Below are positions 1-9,666 of a DNA stretch of 32,000 nucleotides, in pieces. This DNA is from Desulfocapsa sulfexigens DSM 10523 (lineage in GTDB: Bacteria; Desulfobacterota; Desulfobulbia; Desulfobulbales; Desulfocapsaceae). A program made the position numbers and the translations under genes. The notes beneath the pieces were generated by a model that was not told the origin of the DNA, made no database searches, and saw nothing but the letters and a program-made list of their open reading frames with translations. The number at the start of each line of letters is the position of its first letter. The first letter of the stretch is position 1. The DNA is taken from positions 1,740,001 to 1,772,000 of the forward strand of contig NC_020304.1 of the NCBI RefSeq assembly GCF_000341395.1. The letters are read 5' to 3'.

Positions 1-2083
1 CACCAGACTGATACTTGTCCCGTTTGTTCCATTGATAGCCAGCTTGCCGCCTAGTTGTACAACTCTATTCTTAATGTTGGGCAGCCCCCGACCCTGTCGT
101 TTTTTTTGCAATAAGCCACTTCCGTTATCTTTTAGACTGCAATGAAGATTATCTTGCCCTACTTGCAGGGAGAGGTGAATTTCTTTTGCATTGGCGTGAC
201 GAATGATATTGGTCATTCCTTCTTTTACAATTTTAAAGAGATTGAGTGCTAGAAGGACTGAGGGGCCAGGCACATCCTCCTGAATATCAGATTTCTTGAT
301 GAATTGTAATTGATGGGACTCAGCAGCCTTGGCACAATACTGATGCAGGTCGGCAAAAAGACTTTCCCAGGTAACCGCCTTGGCGTCCAGGATATCCATA
401 AAACTGCGGATCTCAAGTATCGAATCGTCACATATGTCGCTGATGTTTTTGAGAATGGTTTCTGTAGGTTGGGTAATGGTTCCATCAACAACCATCTGAG
501 AGAGGAGTTTGATGTTTACCAGACTACCGCCGACTCCATCGTGGAGATCTTGAACCAGTTGTTTTTTGAGTTCGATACTTCGGTTTCGTTCACTGGTATC
601 ACGGAGAATGGCAACGGTATGGACTTCTTTATTAATAGTAACCGGTGACAGGGTTACTTCCACCGTGCAATGTTTTCCCTGTTCATTGATAATCTCGAGT
701 TCAACAGGATCTTTTCTGTTTTGCAGGGGGCGGGCAGAAAATTTCACCAAATCCCTTTGATCCCATGAAATTCCGGTCAGGTCATGGACATTTTTCCCCC
801 CTTGCCTCCTCACTGGCAAGGGCGAAAAAATCTTCAGCTGCAGGATTGAGATAGGAAATCTCTCTTTTTTCGTTGATGAGGATAATGGCATCACTGGCCG
901 CATTCGTGATGATACGGTACATTTTTTCCTGGGCACGGAGCTTTTCACTGTAGTTGGCAATGGACTGTTTCATTCGTTTGAAACCATCTGCTGTTTCCTG
1001 CAGTTCAGTAAAAACTGAGTTGAGAGTACAGTCAACCTGCAGATCCTGGTCTTCAATGGCCCGGGCCTCTTGCTGCAGACATTTGATTGGAGCAATAATA
1101 GCCCTGGCAAAACGAAAAGCAAGGATGGATGCGATGAGTGAGAGCAATACCGTGGCGATAAGATTAGTACGCCTGTTTGACCGTATCTTCCCAAGATAAT
1201 CTTCTTCCGGAAGGTACATGGCAACGATCCAGTCCAGTTCTGTTCCCGGAAAGGGAGTAAACATGGCCACAAAATCTTGCTTTTGAGCAGTGAAAGAAGT
1301 GAAGACTGGTTTTTTGAGATCGAAGAGAGATTCTGGCGCGATCTGATTGTTTACAGCTGCCATGGCCTTGCCGGTTTTTCCTACGCGGAGTTTGCCTACA
1401 AAGGACGATAGCTCCTTGAGGTCTATGTCAACACCAATAACACCTTTGAGGCTGTTGTCCTCCCAGTAAGAAGGTCCGGCAATAGTGACTCCTGGTTGTT
1501 TGGAGGTATAGAAGATATAGGGATCGGTCCAGCCTATTGCACGACTCTGCACTGCCTGTTTATACCAGGGGTGCTTGCGGGGGTCATAGGGGTCGGCTGG
1601 TGTTTGCTCGCGTTGTAATTCGCGGAAATTTTCATCTCGCCAGATCAGCATGACGCTTCTTTCTCTTTCATTGTGTCTGATTATCTTTGTCCTGAATCCA
1701 TTTTTTTTTTTGGCTTCGTTGCGACTCACGTAATAAAAAGAACCGTCAGGAGTCCCAAGATATATCCCGGCCAGGTGGGGGTGGATCTTTAGCTGATCAA
1801 AAAAATAACGCTCAAGAGAGCTTATGGTAAGCGTTCCAGTATTGAAAACGTTTGCACTGAGCAACTGTTTGGTGAGGGTGACGGCACCCTTTGCTTTTTC
1901 CAGATGATTATAGGACTGCTCCAAGGTGAAGTCGGAAATATTATCCATGATATCATGGGCATGACTATAAAATGTCTTCTCTGACAGAAGATAAAAGGAT
2001 GGGGCAAGTAGGAGGTGCGTCCCCCAGACCAGTACGATGACTGACAGGATGAGACTGGTACGCATAGAGAGATTGAATTTCAT
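1..2083 (-). CDS. Sensor histidine kinase (extracellular Cache-like sensor, HAMP-like region, PAS, HisKA_3, start of HATPase_c); C-terminus runs off the window; interrupted by a 1-nt frameshift near 795-801
   Basis: ORF 782..2089 encodes an N-terminal TM segment, a Cache-like periplasmic region and a PAS-like segment (ITNAASDAIILINEKREISYLNPAAEDFFAL), then stops. The +1 frame from about 795 down to base 1 stays open where I translated it (GKNVHDLTGISWDQRDL...SERNRSIELKKQLVQDLHDGVGGSLVNIKLLSQ), containing a HisKA_3 H-box, and continues to SISLV at the edge. ATG at 2083 preferred over GTG at 2089. Confidence 0.8.
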
Positions 2084-2743
2084 TGGCACTTACCGGCAGA
2101 AAGGAAAGGCCAGGCATGAAGAGGCATGCCCGACCTTTTGAAACTAGTGCGATGCCATTTGTCCATGTAGGGGTTATTTATTCACATTTTTCTCAAGTAT
2201 TTTCTCCGAAGATACCCTTCCGGCAACATTTACGGGCGAGGGAACGAACGTTTATAATTCCTGTGATTCCTTTAAAAGCTCATTGTTTTAGCAAGTCATA
2301 GCAGGTTCCTAGTCCGCTATTAGAGCACAAATAAAGTAAGATGTATATGGCTGGACCAGGGTATTTTCCGGGTATTGTGCCAAAACGTACTGGTATAAAG
2401 AAACTACTGCTTTTCCTCAGATACACGCTTGTTGCAAAAGCAAGAGTCGAACCGTAATTCTTATGAAGAGAATGTATTACTTCGGTTTTCAGTCACATTG
2501 CAATCGGACTGTCTCGGAAATATGGTGTCAACGTCACGACCGGGTGTTCTCAGTAAGACGGGTCCACGCCATACCATTACAGTAATCTTTAGCTTTTTGC
2601 TGACAATTGGCCAAAACGATAAATATAACGGTTCCCGATGTCTGGGTCGGTTGGTATTGATATTTCCTATTTGCTCTATAGTCTCCATGCGTGATACTGT
2701 TTCTTTTTGTTTTTATCATATTATTTCTATCTGGAGAATTCAA

Positions 2744-3586
2744 ATGAGGAAAACCATCTATTCTGTATCACTATCTATTCTTGTGGCAGCGCTGCTGTTA
2801 TTTTCTGCGTCATGGTCGCTTGCATCTGATGATCTTTCTTCCTTCGCAGGGCAGAAAGGAACCCTTCGAATAGCCGGTGGGACGGCCCATATTCCGGTGA
2901 TGAAGGAGGCTGCCAAACAGATCATTAATTTTAATCCTCAAATTCAAATCTCCATTGCCGGAGGCGGTTCCGGTCTTGGCATCAAACAGGCAGGAGAGGG
3001 GCTGGTTGATATCGGCAATGCAGGGCGCAAACCAAGTGATGACGAGATTCATAACTATAATTTACAGCTGGTGAAGTGGGCAGTTGACGGTGTCGGTGCA
3101 GTAGTTCATCCGAAGAATAAAGCACAGTCCCTCACAAACACCCAATTGCAGGATATCTATTCCGGTAAGATCAGCAACTGGAAAGATGTCGGCGGGGTTG
3201 ATCGGGAGATAAACCTGTACACCCGTGATGAAGCCAGTGGTACCCGGGAAGTTTTCTGGAAAAAAGCACTGGCAAAGGGTGACATTTCAGCAAAGGCCAA
3301 TGTGGTGGTTTCCAATGGTGCCATGAAAACTGCTGTTGCCGGTGATCCCTTTGCTATCGGCTTTGTTTCGGTGGGCAACATGGACAGCTCTGTTGCACCT
3401 GTAGCCCTTGACGGGGTAGCTCCCAGCCCGGAGAGTGTCCGTAGCGGTGAATATAAGGTGGCTCGCGGCCTGTATAGCTTGACTAAAGGAGAACCGTCAG
3501 GATTGGCCAAACTCTTTTTGGAGTTTATTGTCAGCCCTACAGGTCAGCAGATTGTCGTTGACAAGGGATTTATCCCGGTTCAATGA
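2744..3586 (+). CDS. pstS: Phosphate ABC transporter substrate-binding protein (PstS-like)
   Basis: ATG at 2744 preceded by GGAG; signal peptide MRKTIYSVSLSILVAALLLFSASWSLA; PBP-like motifs (GGGSGLGIKQAGEGLVDIGNAGRKPSDDE, TRDEASGTREVFW). The longer ORF from 2429 has an implausible N-terminus. Confidence 0.9.
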   Translation: MRKTIYSVSLSILVAALLLFSASWSLASDDLSSFAGQKGTLRIAGGTAHIPVMKEAAKQIINFNPQIQISIAGGGSGLGIKQAGEGLVDIGNAGRKPSDDEIHNYNLQLVKWAVDGVGAVVHPKNKAQSLTNTQLQDIYSGKISNWKDVGGVDREINLYTRDEASGTREVFWKKALAKGDISAKANVVVSNGAMKTAVAGDPFAIGFVSVGNMDSSVAPVALDGVAPSPESVRSGEYKVARGLYSLTKGEPSGLAKLFLEFIVSPTGQQIVVDKGFIPVQ

Positions 3587-4443
3587 GACTTCCGACCTAC
3601 TCGGTCAGTGAATACCTGTTTCTGGCAGCGGCGGTCTTCAGCGGGCTGCTCGCTGTCGCGATCTTTTGTTTTCTCTTCTTCTTTGGGCTACCGCTGTTGC
3701 AGTCTGGTCAGCTGGTAGACTTGCTGTTTTCTTCCTGGGCACCCGACAAAGGGTTATACGGCATTTATCCCATGCTGATAACCAGCTTGACCTTGGCCAC
3801 CGTCAGTATGCTGATCAGCTTTCCTGTAAGCCTTGGTTGTAGCTTTGTGATTACGTCTCTTGCTCCGGTTCGATTGCGACGTGTTCTGCTGGCCGTCATA
3901 AGAGTGATGACCGGCATCCCAACCGTAGTATATAGTTTTGCTGCCCTGTTCCTGTTAGTGCCGCTTATGCGCAGCCTTGTCGGACATGGAACCGGAATGA
4001 GTATTCTTACTGCAGCTCCTGTCCTTGCACTAGTCATAGCTCCAACCATGATCCTGTTTTTTGTGGACAGTTTTAGCAAGGTTTCGTCCAGGTTTACTCT
4101 TGCCGTTGACGCTCTTGGTGGCAGTGAAATTCAAAAACTCCTGTATGTAATTCTGCCCCTGGCCTGGCCTGGTATTGTCAATGGTGTGCTTTTGGGCTTC
4201 GGCCGTGCCATGGGTGATACCATGGTCAGCCTGATGCTTGCTGGAAACAGTACTGCTGCTCCTGAATCCATGACCGAGTCAGCCAGAACGCTTACTGCTC
4301 ATATTGCTCTGGTCATGGCCTTTGACTTTGATTCCATGGAGTTTAAATCCATTTTTGTCTGCGGTCTTTTTCTCTACATTCTGACAGCAGCTCTCATGTT
4401 ACTCTTTCGCATGTTCACTGTTTACTTTTCGGAAAGAACATGA
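3583..4443 (+). CDS. pstC: Phosphate ABC transporter permease PstC
   Basis: Multi-TM permease with VMTGIPTVVYSFAALFLLVPL and GFGRAMGDTMVSLMLAGN motifs; ATGA overlap with pstS. Confidence 0.9.
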   Translation: MRLPTYSVSEYLFLAAAVFSGLLAVAIFCFLFFFGLPLLQSGQLVDLLFSSWAPDKGLYGIYPMLITSLTLATVSMLISFPVSLGCSFVITSLAPVRLRRVLLAVIRVMTGIPTVVYSFAALFLLVPLMRSLVGHGTGMSILTAAPVLALVIAPTMILFFVDSFSKVSSRFTLAVDALGGSEIQKLLYVILPLAWPGIVNGVLLGFGRAMGDTMVSLMLAGNSTAAPESMTESARTLTAHIALVMAFDFDSMEFKSIFVCGLFLYILTAALMLLFRMFTVYFSERT

Positions 4444-5321
4444 TGGGAAGACTTCTTGAAAAGAGCATTGCTGTTCTCTCCTGGATTGCAGGCTTTTTGC
4501 TTATAGCATCACTTCTCTTACTTCTTACTTACCTGGTAAACAAGGGATGGAGTTCTTTACGGGTAAGCCTGATTTTTGGAGACACTGTACCTTTGGATGC
4601 CTTATTGCTCAAACGGCAGGTATTTGACGGAATTTTTCCTGCCATTGTCGGTACCCTTTTCCTTATTGTTGGCTCGATGTTCATTGCTATCCCAGTTGGC
4701 ATTGCCGGAGGCATTTACATGGCAGAGTATTGCAGAGGGAAAATGAAATCATTACTCAATCTGGCCTTTGACATTCTTGCTGGAGTGCCTTCCATAATTG
4801 TCGGACTGGCTGGACTCTTACTGACCATCTTTCTCAACCGCACTTTTCATGGACAGATTAAAACCTGTCTCCTGATCTCCTGTGTCTCTCTAGCTTCACT
4901 GGTGCTTCCCTATATTATCCGGACAACGCAGACAGCACTTGAGACAGTCGATCCGGTTGTCCGTAAAACAGCCCCCGCTCTTGGTGCTTCACGCTTGCAG
5001 AATATCACTATGGTACTGTTGCCCAATTCCATCTCCAACATTTTTTCCGGAGTTATTCTAGCCACTGGCCGCTGTGCAGAAGACACCGCTGTAATCATGC
5101 TGACCGGCGCTGTCGCAACAGCAGGTCTTCCACGGTCTATCTTTGATCAGTATGAAGCCCTCCCATTTTATATCTACTATATTTCATCGCAGTATACCGG
5201 CCCCGATGAGTTGGCCCAAGGGTTTGGAGCCGCAATCATACTTTTGCTTCTCTGCACCGGCCTACTGGTTTCCACTCTATGGATACAGCGACGACTGTCA
5301 ATAATACTGCTGTACAGGTGA
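4440..5321 (+). CDS. pstA: Phosphate ABC transporter permease PstA
   Basis: Multi-TM permease with FDILAGVPSIIVGLAGLLLT, GASRLQNITMVLLP and LATGRCAEDTAVIMLTGA motifs; ATGA overlap with pstC. Confidence 0.9.
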   Translation: MMGRLLEKSIAVLSWIAGFLLIASLLLLLTYLVNKGWSSLRVSLIFGDTVPLDALLLKRQVFDGIFPAIVGTLFLIVGSMFIAIPVGIAGGIYMAEYCRGKMKSLLNLAFDILAGVPSIIVGLAGLLLTIFLNRTFHGQIKTCLLISCVSLASLVLPYIIRTTQTALETVDPVVRKTAPALGASRLQNITMVLLPNSISNIFSGVILATGRCAEDTAVIMLTGAVATAGLPRSIFDQYEALPFYIYYISSQYTGPDELAQGFGAAIILLLLCTGLLVSTLWIQRRLSIILLYR

Positions 5322-6061
5322 GCACTGTGGACGTTCCCGTAAAAATTTATACGCAATCCCTTTGTTTTTATTATCGTCGGCAGAAAGTTTTGCATGATAT
5401 CAGCCTCCAGCTTCCGGCAAATCAAATAACAGCTATCACCGGGCCATCTGGATCTGGAAAGTCGACCTTCCTGATGGTCTTGAACAGATTGTGGGAAGAA
5501 GTTGAGGGGTGTGATATATCGGGAAAGGTTACAATGGAACTGGCTGGTCATTTTAAAAATATTCACGATCCAACACTTCCAGTCTGTGAACTGCGCCGAA
5601 AGGTGGCCATGGTTTTTCAGCAGCCCAACCCGCTGCCAATGTCCATTTATAAAAATATAGCCTTTCCCCTGCGCCTCGCACATGTAAATGATAAGAAGCG
5701 GATCAAAGAGAACGTGGAATTCGTGCTCAGACAGGTATGCCTTTGGGACGAAGTCAAAGATCGCCTGGGAGATGACGGCCGTCTACTTTCAGGCGGGCAA
5801 CAGCAGAGACTGTGTCTGGCACGAGCTCTTGTCCTGAATCCGGAAGTTTTACTGCTTGATGAACCTACTTCCTCCCTTGATCCGGAGGCGAGCAACGCTA
5901 TTGAGGAATTACTGCTGACGCTCAAGTCGCAATGTACGTTGGTTATGGTCTCCCATTACCAGGATCAGATCCAACGCATTGCTGACTTCCATATTAAGGT
6001 TCTCAATGGACGATTCAGTACAGGTTTAGATTGGAGGGGAGATTGTAACCAGAATTCGTAG
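5318..6061 (+). CDS. pstB: Phosphate ABC transporter ATP-binding protein PstB
   Basis: Walker A GPSGSGKSTFL, signature LSGGQQQRLCLARAL, Walker B VLLLDEPTSSLDPEA. GTG at 5318 gives a 4-nt overlap with pstA; an alternative ATG is at 5279. Confidence 0.85.
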   Translation: MSTVDVPVKIYTQSLCFYYRRQKVLHDISLQLPANQITAITGPSGSGKSTFLMVLNRLWEEVEGCDISGKVTMELAGHFKNIHDPTLPVCELRRKVAMVFQQPNPLPMSIYKNIAFPLRLAHVNDKKRIKENVEFVLRQVCLWDEVKDRLGDDGRLLSGGQQQRLCLARALVLNPEVLLLDEPTSSLDPEASNAIEELLLTLKSQCTLVMVSHYQDQIQRIADFHIKVLNGRFSTGLDWRGDCNQNS

Positions 6062-6346
6062 GTTTGTTTCAGCTCGTACTCCATGTGGCTCGCGAATCTG
6101 TGACACAAGGATATCACCTTTTTTTGCCGGTAATTCCGTGTCCCCCTTACCAAGAAAAAAACCATTCCCTTCAAGTATCTGAATAGATAAGTCACCATCC
6201 AGATCATGAGAATGAACTGGAAAGGTCACACCCGCCTCAAGGTTGAAATTAATAATTTTAAAATATGCGGAGTCTTGTACAAGAAAAAACCGCTTCATTG
6301 CACCTGGTGTATACTCGTTTGTCTCATCAAGTTGTATAACTTTCAT
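6026..6346 (-). CDS. Small cupin-domain protein (106 aa)
   Basis: Single-domain beta-barrel pattern FPVHSHDLDGDLSIQILEGNGFFLGKGDTELPAKKGDILVSQIREPHGVRA; RBS AAGGAGAAC upstream of ATG. Confidence 0.8.
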   Translation of the reverse strand: MKVIQLDETNEYTPGAMKRFFLVQDSAYFKIINFNLEAGVTFPVHSHDLDGDLSIQILEGNGFFLGKGDTELPAKKGDILVSQIREPHGVRAETNLRILVTISPPI

Positions 6347-6612
6347 ATTTGTTCTCCTTATGGATGGTTGTGAGGTATCTTAACGCACCTTCAGAGTTAG
6401 CAGGTAAAGTCAAAATAATCACTTGGAAACTCTTTAATCTGCATGCAATGGCAAGTGCTGAAGATCTCTGTTTGTGGTAAAGAATTATATGGCTGGCTTG
6501 ATCGGGTCACAAGCAGATGGACTGTAATGGTACTTATATGATCCTGATTACCACTAATCCTCAGCCTACCCGCATGAGGAGGAGTTGTTTCGTGTCGATT
6601 GTATGGGCATAT

Positions 6613-6720
6613 CGGCCTGGACGGCCGCAGCAGAGCCCCAAGGGATGGGTTTATGGCGTCCCATATAATCGATACGGAACAGCTCCGGGTTGCAAAGCTG
6701 AGTTTTGATGGTAATCAGGT
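6613..6720 (+). repeat. 108-bp direct repeat, copy A
   Basis: CGGCCTGGACGGCCGCAGCAGAGCCCCAAGGGATGGGTTTATGGCG...GATGGTAATCAGGT matches 13264..13371 at 102/108 positions with no gaps. Confidence 0.95.
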
Positions 6721-6764
6721 ATGTGATTGTACCCAAAAAACAATATACATATTGGTATGTCGCA

Positions 6765-7466
6765 ATGTCAGAGATACAGGATCGGGTAAAGCTCAGATCT
6801 TCCTGGAAAGCCAAGATAGGCGGAGAGTTTGAGCAGGAGTATATGCAGAATCTCAGACGGTTTCTGATTGAGGAAAAACAGGCTGGGAAAATTATCTACC
6901 CCGAGGGAGATAATATCTTCAGCAGTATGAATCTGGTTTCATTCGATGATGTGAAGGTTGTGATTATCGGGCAGGATCCCTATCATGGTGAAGGTCAGGC
7001 ACATGGGCTCTGTTTTTCTGTAAAACCGGGAGTCAGGATACCACCATCACTCCAGAATATTTTCAAGGAAATCCAGGGGGATCTTGGGATTCCTATCGGG
7101 AATCATGGATATCTGAAAAGCTGGGCCGAGCAGGGTGTGCTGCTTCTCAACAGTGTTCTCACAGTTGAAAAAAATAAAGCCGGATCCCATCAGGGAAAAG
7201 GCTGGGAACGGTTTACCGATGCTATTATAGAAAAACTCAATAAAGAACATACCGGACTGGTGTTTCTTCTTTGGGGGAGTTACGCTCAGAAAAAAGGGAG
7301 GATTATTGACCAGAAACGTCACCTTGTGTTGCAGTCTGTTCACCCTTCACCCCTCTCTGCACATCGAGGATTTTTTGGAAATCATCATTTTTCCAGGACA
7401 AATGCGTACCTGGAGCGTCAGGGGAAATCTGTGATTAATTGGGCAGTTCCGGCATTGCAGGTTTGA
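6765..7466 (+). CDS. ung: Uracil-DNA glycosylase (family 1)
   Basis: Motifs [49 protein letters not shown] and [13 protein letters not shown]. Confidence 0.95.
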   Translation: MSEIQDRVKLRSSWKAKIGGEFEQEYMQNLRRFLIEEKQAGKIIYPEGDNIFSSMNLVSFDDVKVVIIGQDPYHGEGQAHGLCFSVKPGVRIPPSLQNIFKEIQGDLGIPIGNHGYLKSWAEQGVLLLNSVLTVEKNKAGSHQGKGWERFTDAIIEKLNKEHTGLVFLLWGSYAQKKGRIIDQKRHLVLQSVHPSPLSAHRGFFGNHHFSRTNAYLERQGKSVINWAVPALQV

Positions 7467-7475
7467 TATATGCAG

Positions 7476-7745
7476 TTACTCTGGCTGGATATAATCGGCC
7501 AGAGCGTTGATGGTGGTGACACGGCGGCGAAATTCCTTGCTGTCCACAAGTCGTGTTCCAAACTGATTCTGCAGCCCCATGGAGATCTGCAGGGCGTCCA
7601 GTGAATCCAGGCCGAGTCCACTGGCGTCGGAAAAAATCATAACATCATCATTCAATTCATCCGGTGTTATGTCCTCAATATCACACTCTGTGAATATCAT
7701 GGTTTTCAGGCGTAGTTTTAATGTATTGTCAACTGACCCTTTCAT
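7476..7745 (-). CDS. Acyl carrier protein (phosphopantetheine-binding)
   Basis: Small acidic protein with phosphopantetheine attachment motif GLDSLDALQ; overlaps the upstream permease gene by 4 nt. Confidence 0.85.
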   Translation of the reverse strand: MKGSVDNTLKLRLKTMIFTECDIEDITPDELNDDVMIFSDASGLGLDSLDALQISMGLQNQFGTRLVDSKEFRRRVTTINALADYIQPE

Positions 7746-8932
7746 AATCCATTTTTAGTTCTGTGGCCAAATATCAGCCATGCAGTGAGAAGCAGGATTA
7801 TTCCGAAACCTGCAAGAGCCAGTGACTCAATGAGCACTGCACCTGTACCAGAATTACGCAGAAAGATATCGAGAAATCCTTCGAGCCCCCATGACATGGG
7901 CGAGATGTTACTCAGGGTCTGCATGCCCGGCGGCATAAAGAATTTAGGAACCATGACCCCGCCGATGGCACCAAATAAGATATTAATAAGCCCGCCGATG
8001 GTTGTTGCCTGCTCCACACTATTTACTGAAACTGCGATCAGGATTGATGTGCCTATGGCAGCCAGGCTGAGCCCAGCGGAAACCATGAACAAACCAGGCA
8101 AGGAGTTTCCAAGGGTGAGGGGAGCAGCACCAAGGAGCGGCACAATAAACATTCCAACTGCTATCATCAGCCACGCCTGAAGCTGATTGATAATCATGTA
8201 TGGTACAATTTTCCCGGTAAAAAGAAGTGGGATAGAGACGTTCATGGACTGCATCCGCATCAGGGTATTCTGTTTGCGTTCGTTGATAAAGATGGTGGAC
8301 ATGGGGATAATGATAAAAAACATCCCGAAGACTATCCATGACGGTACGCTCTGCTGGGTGGATGTGGGGTGCTGATCTGGGCGCAGGCCATTGAAGTGAA
8401 CCTCCAGTTCGTTCTTGTGAAGCCTCACTGCTTCTGACCTTGCTGTAAGCCCTGGTAGTAATGGCTCAAGTTCCTGCAGCATTTTCTGTACCTGCAATTG
8501 TATGATAACTGCCCTCAATTCTCCTTTAAAGAGTGCCAGCATATCTTGTTTGACGTCACTTGCAACGTCGAGTTGTAAGATTCTGTCACTCTTTTTCTGG
8601 GTAAACTGAGCAGAATAGCCTCTGGGGATAGTGAGAGCGAAATGGAGGCCGCTGTTTAATGCCTGCTCCAGTTGTTCCTGACTCGATATCTTCCCTTCGT
8701 ATTCCTGAAGTACGGTGTTCTCCTTAAGAAAGGTCGCAATTTTCAGACTGATAGATGTCTGATCCTTATCGATCACGGTGTAACGTATAAAAGCCCTGTC
8801 ACTATTGAAGGTGTCCTTCAGCGCCATGGACATGATCAGGATAAAAATAGAGGGCATGACAAAGAGTGCAGCAAGGGCGTGCTTGTCGCGCAGGATCAGA
8901 ATAAATTCTTTTTTGAGCATTGCCCTAAGCAT
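7742..8932 (-). CDS. ABC-2 type transporter permease
   Basis: N-terminal TM (LKKEFILILRDKHALAALFVMPSIFILIMSMAL), a large extracytoplasmic region, and C-terminal TM bundle with SPMSWGLEGFLDIFLR. Confidence 0.88.
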   Translation of the reverse strand: MLRAMLKKEFILILRDKHALAALFVMPSIFILIMSMALKDTFNSDRAFIRYTVIDKDQTSISLKIATFLKENTVLQEYEGKISSQEQLEQALNSGLHFALTIPRGYSAQFTQKKSDRILQLDVASDVKQDMLALFKGELRAVIIQLQVQKMLQELEPLLPGLTARSEAVRLHKNELEVHFNGLRPDQHPTSTQQSVPSWIVFGMFFIIIPMSTIFINERKQNTLMRMQSMNVSIPLLFTGKIVPYMIINQLQAWLMIAVGMFIVPLLGAAPLTLGNSLPGLFMVSAGLSLAAIGTSILIAVSVNSVEQATTIGGLINILFGAIGGVMVPKFFMPPGMQTLSNISPMSWGLEGFLDIFLRNSGTGAVLIESLALAGFGIILLLTAWLIFGHRTKNGL

Positions 8933-9662
8933 TCAATTTTTCCGGACTGGTCAGATGAATAAACAGAGATTCAAGATTCATTGCCGGATCATTATTTTCC
9001 TGAAGCAGAGCCTGCAACGATCCCTGGCGAATGATTTCTCCATGATTGATGATGGCGGCTTCGTCACAGATTTTTTCGATTTCATCCATGTAATGGGAAG
9101 TGTAGATAACGGTTTTATGGTCTTCCTTGAAATTGCGGATGGTTTCGAGGATGTCGATTCGTGACTCAGGGTCAATTCCGATGGTAGGCTCGTCGAAATA
9201 AAGAATCTCAGGGTCGTTCAACAGGCCGATGGCAATATTCAGACGTCTTTTTTGCCCACCGGAGAGGGTGCCGGCCTTTTGCTCAAGGAACGTATCGAGA
9301 TGATTGACGGATATTGCATATTCGAGATTGTTCTGGAGGGATGCACCGACAATATTCTGGATACCTGCGAAAAAGTGGAGATTTTCAATAACGGTAAGAT
9401 GAGCATACAGGGCAAGGGATTGGGGAATAAGAGTACAGCGTTTACGGATCTGTTTGAGATTGTCGCCCAGGGGGAGGCCAAATATTTTAATCTCACCCTC
9501 CTGGAAACCACTGAGCCCGTTCAGGATGGAAATCAATGTTGTTTTCCCGGCCCCGTTAGGCCCCAGTAGGCCGAAGATAACACCTTTGCCTATTTCCATG
9601 CTGAGCTCTTTTAAGGCTGGCTTACCATGATAGCATTTTGTGAGACTGTTGATGTGTATCAT
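8925..9662 (-). CDS. ABC transporter ATP-binding protein (partner of the ABC-2 permease)
   Basis: Walker A GPNGAGKTTL, signature LSGGQKRRLNIAIGL, Walker B EILYFDEPTIGIDPES. ATG at 9662 (MIHINSL) is preferred because it lies just after the upstream stop at 9667. Confidence 0.9.
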   Translation of the reverse strand: MIHINSLTKCYHGKPALKELSMEIGKGVIFGLLGPNGAGKTTLISILNGLSGFQEGEIKIFGLPLGDNLKQIRKRCTLIPQSLALYAHLTVIENLHFFAGIQNIVGASLQNNLEYAISVNHLDTFLEQKAGTLSGGQKRRLNIAIGLLNDPEILYFDEPTIGIDPESRIDILETIRNFKEDHKTVIYTSHYMDEIEKICDEAAIINHGEIIRQGSLQALLQENNDPAMNLESLFIHLTSPEKLNA

Positions 9663-9666
9663 TCCT

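Noticed and set aside
2084-2743. Possible Pho box or small ORF (2083..2301 +) between the kinase and pstS
   Set aside because: I could not identify two convincing CTGTCAT-like half-sites, and the ORF has no recognisable features.
2429-3586. pstS ORF extended upstream to 2429 (385 aa)
   Set aside because: The first 105 residues do not resemble a secreted protein; ATG at 2744 has an RBS and a proper signal peptide.
6613-6627. CGGCC-TGGAC-GGCCG hairpin as a terminator or RNA element
   Set aside because: No trailing T-run and the stem is disrupted on both outer pairs in copy B without compensation.
6517-6708. Small plus ORF (MRRSCFVSIVWAYRPGRPQQSP...) with a GGAGG upstream of a GTG
   Set aside because: Its frame is not the one favoured by substitutions between the repeat copies, and the stop is lost in copy B. 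Possible but unsupported as a gene.
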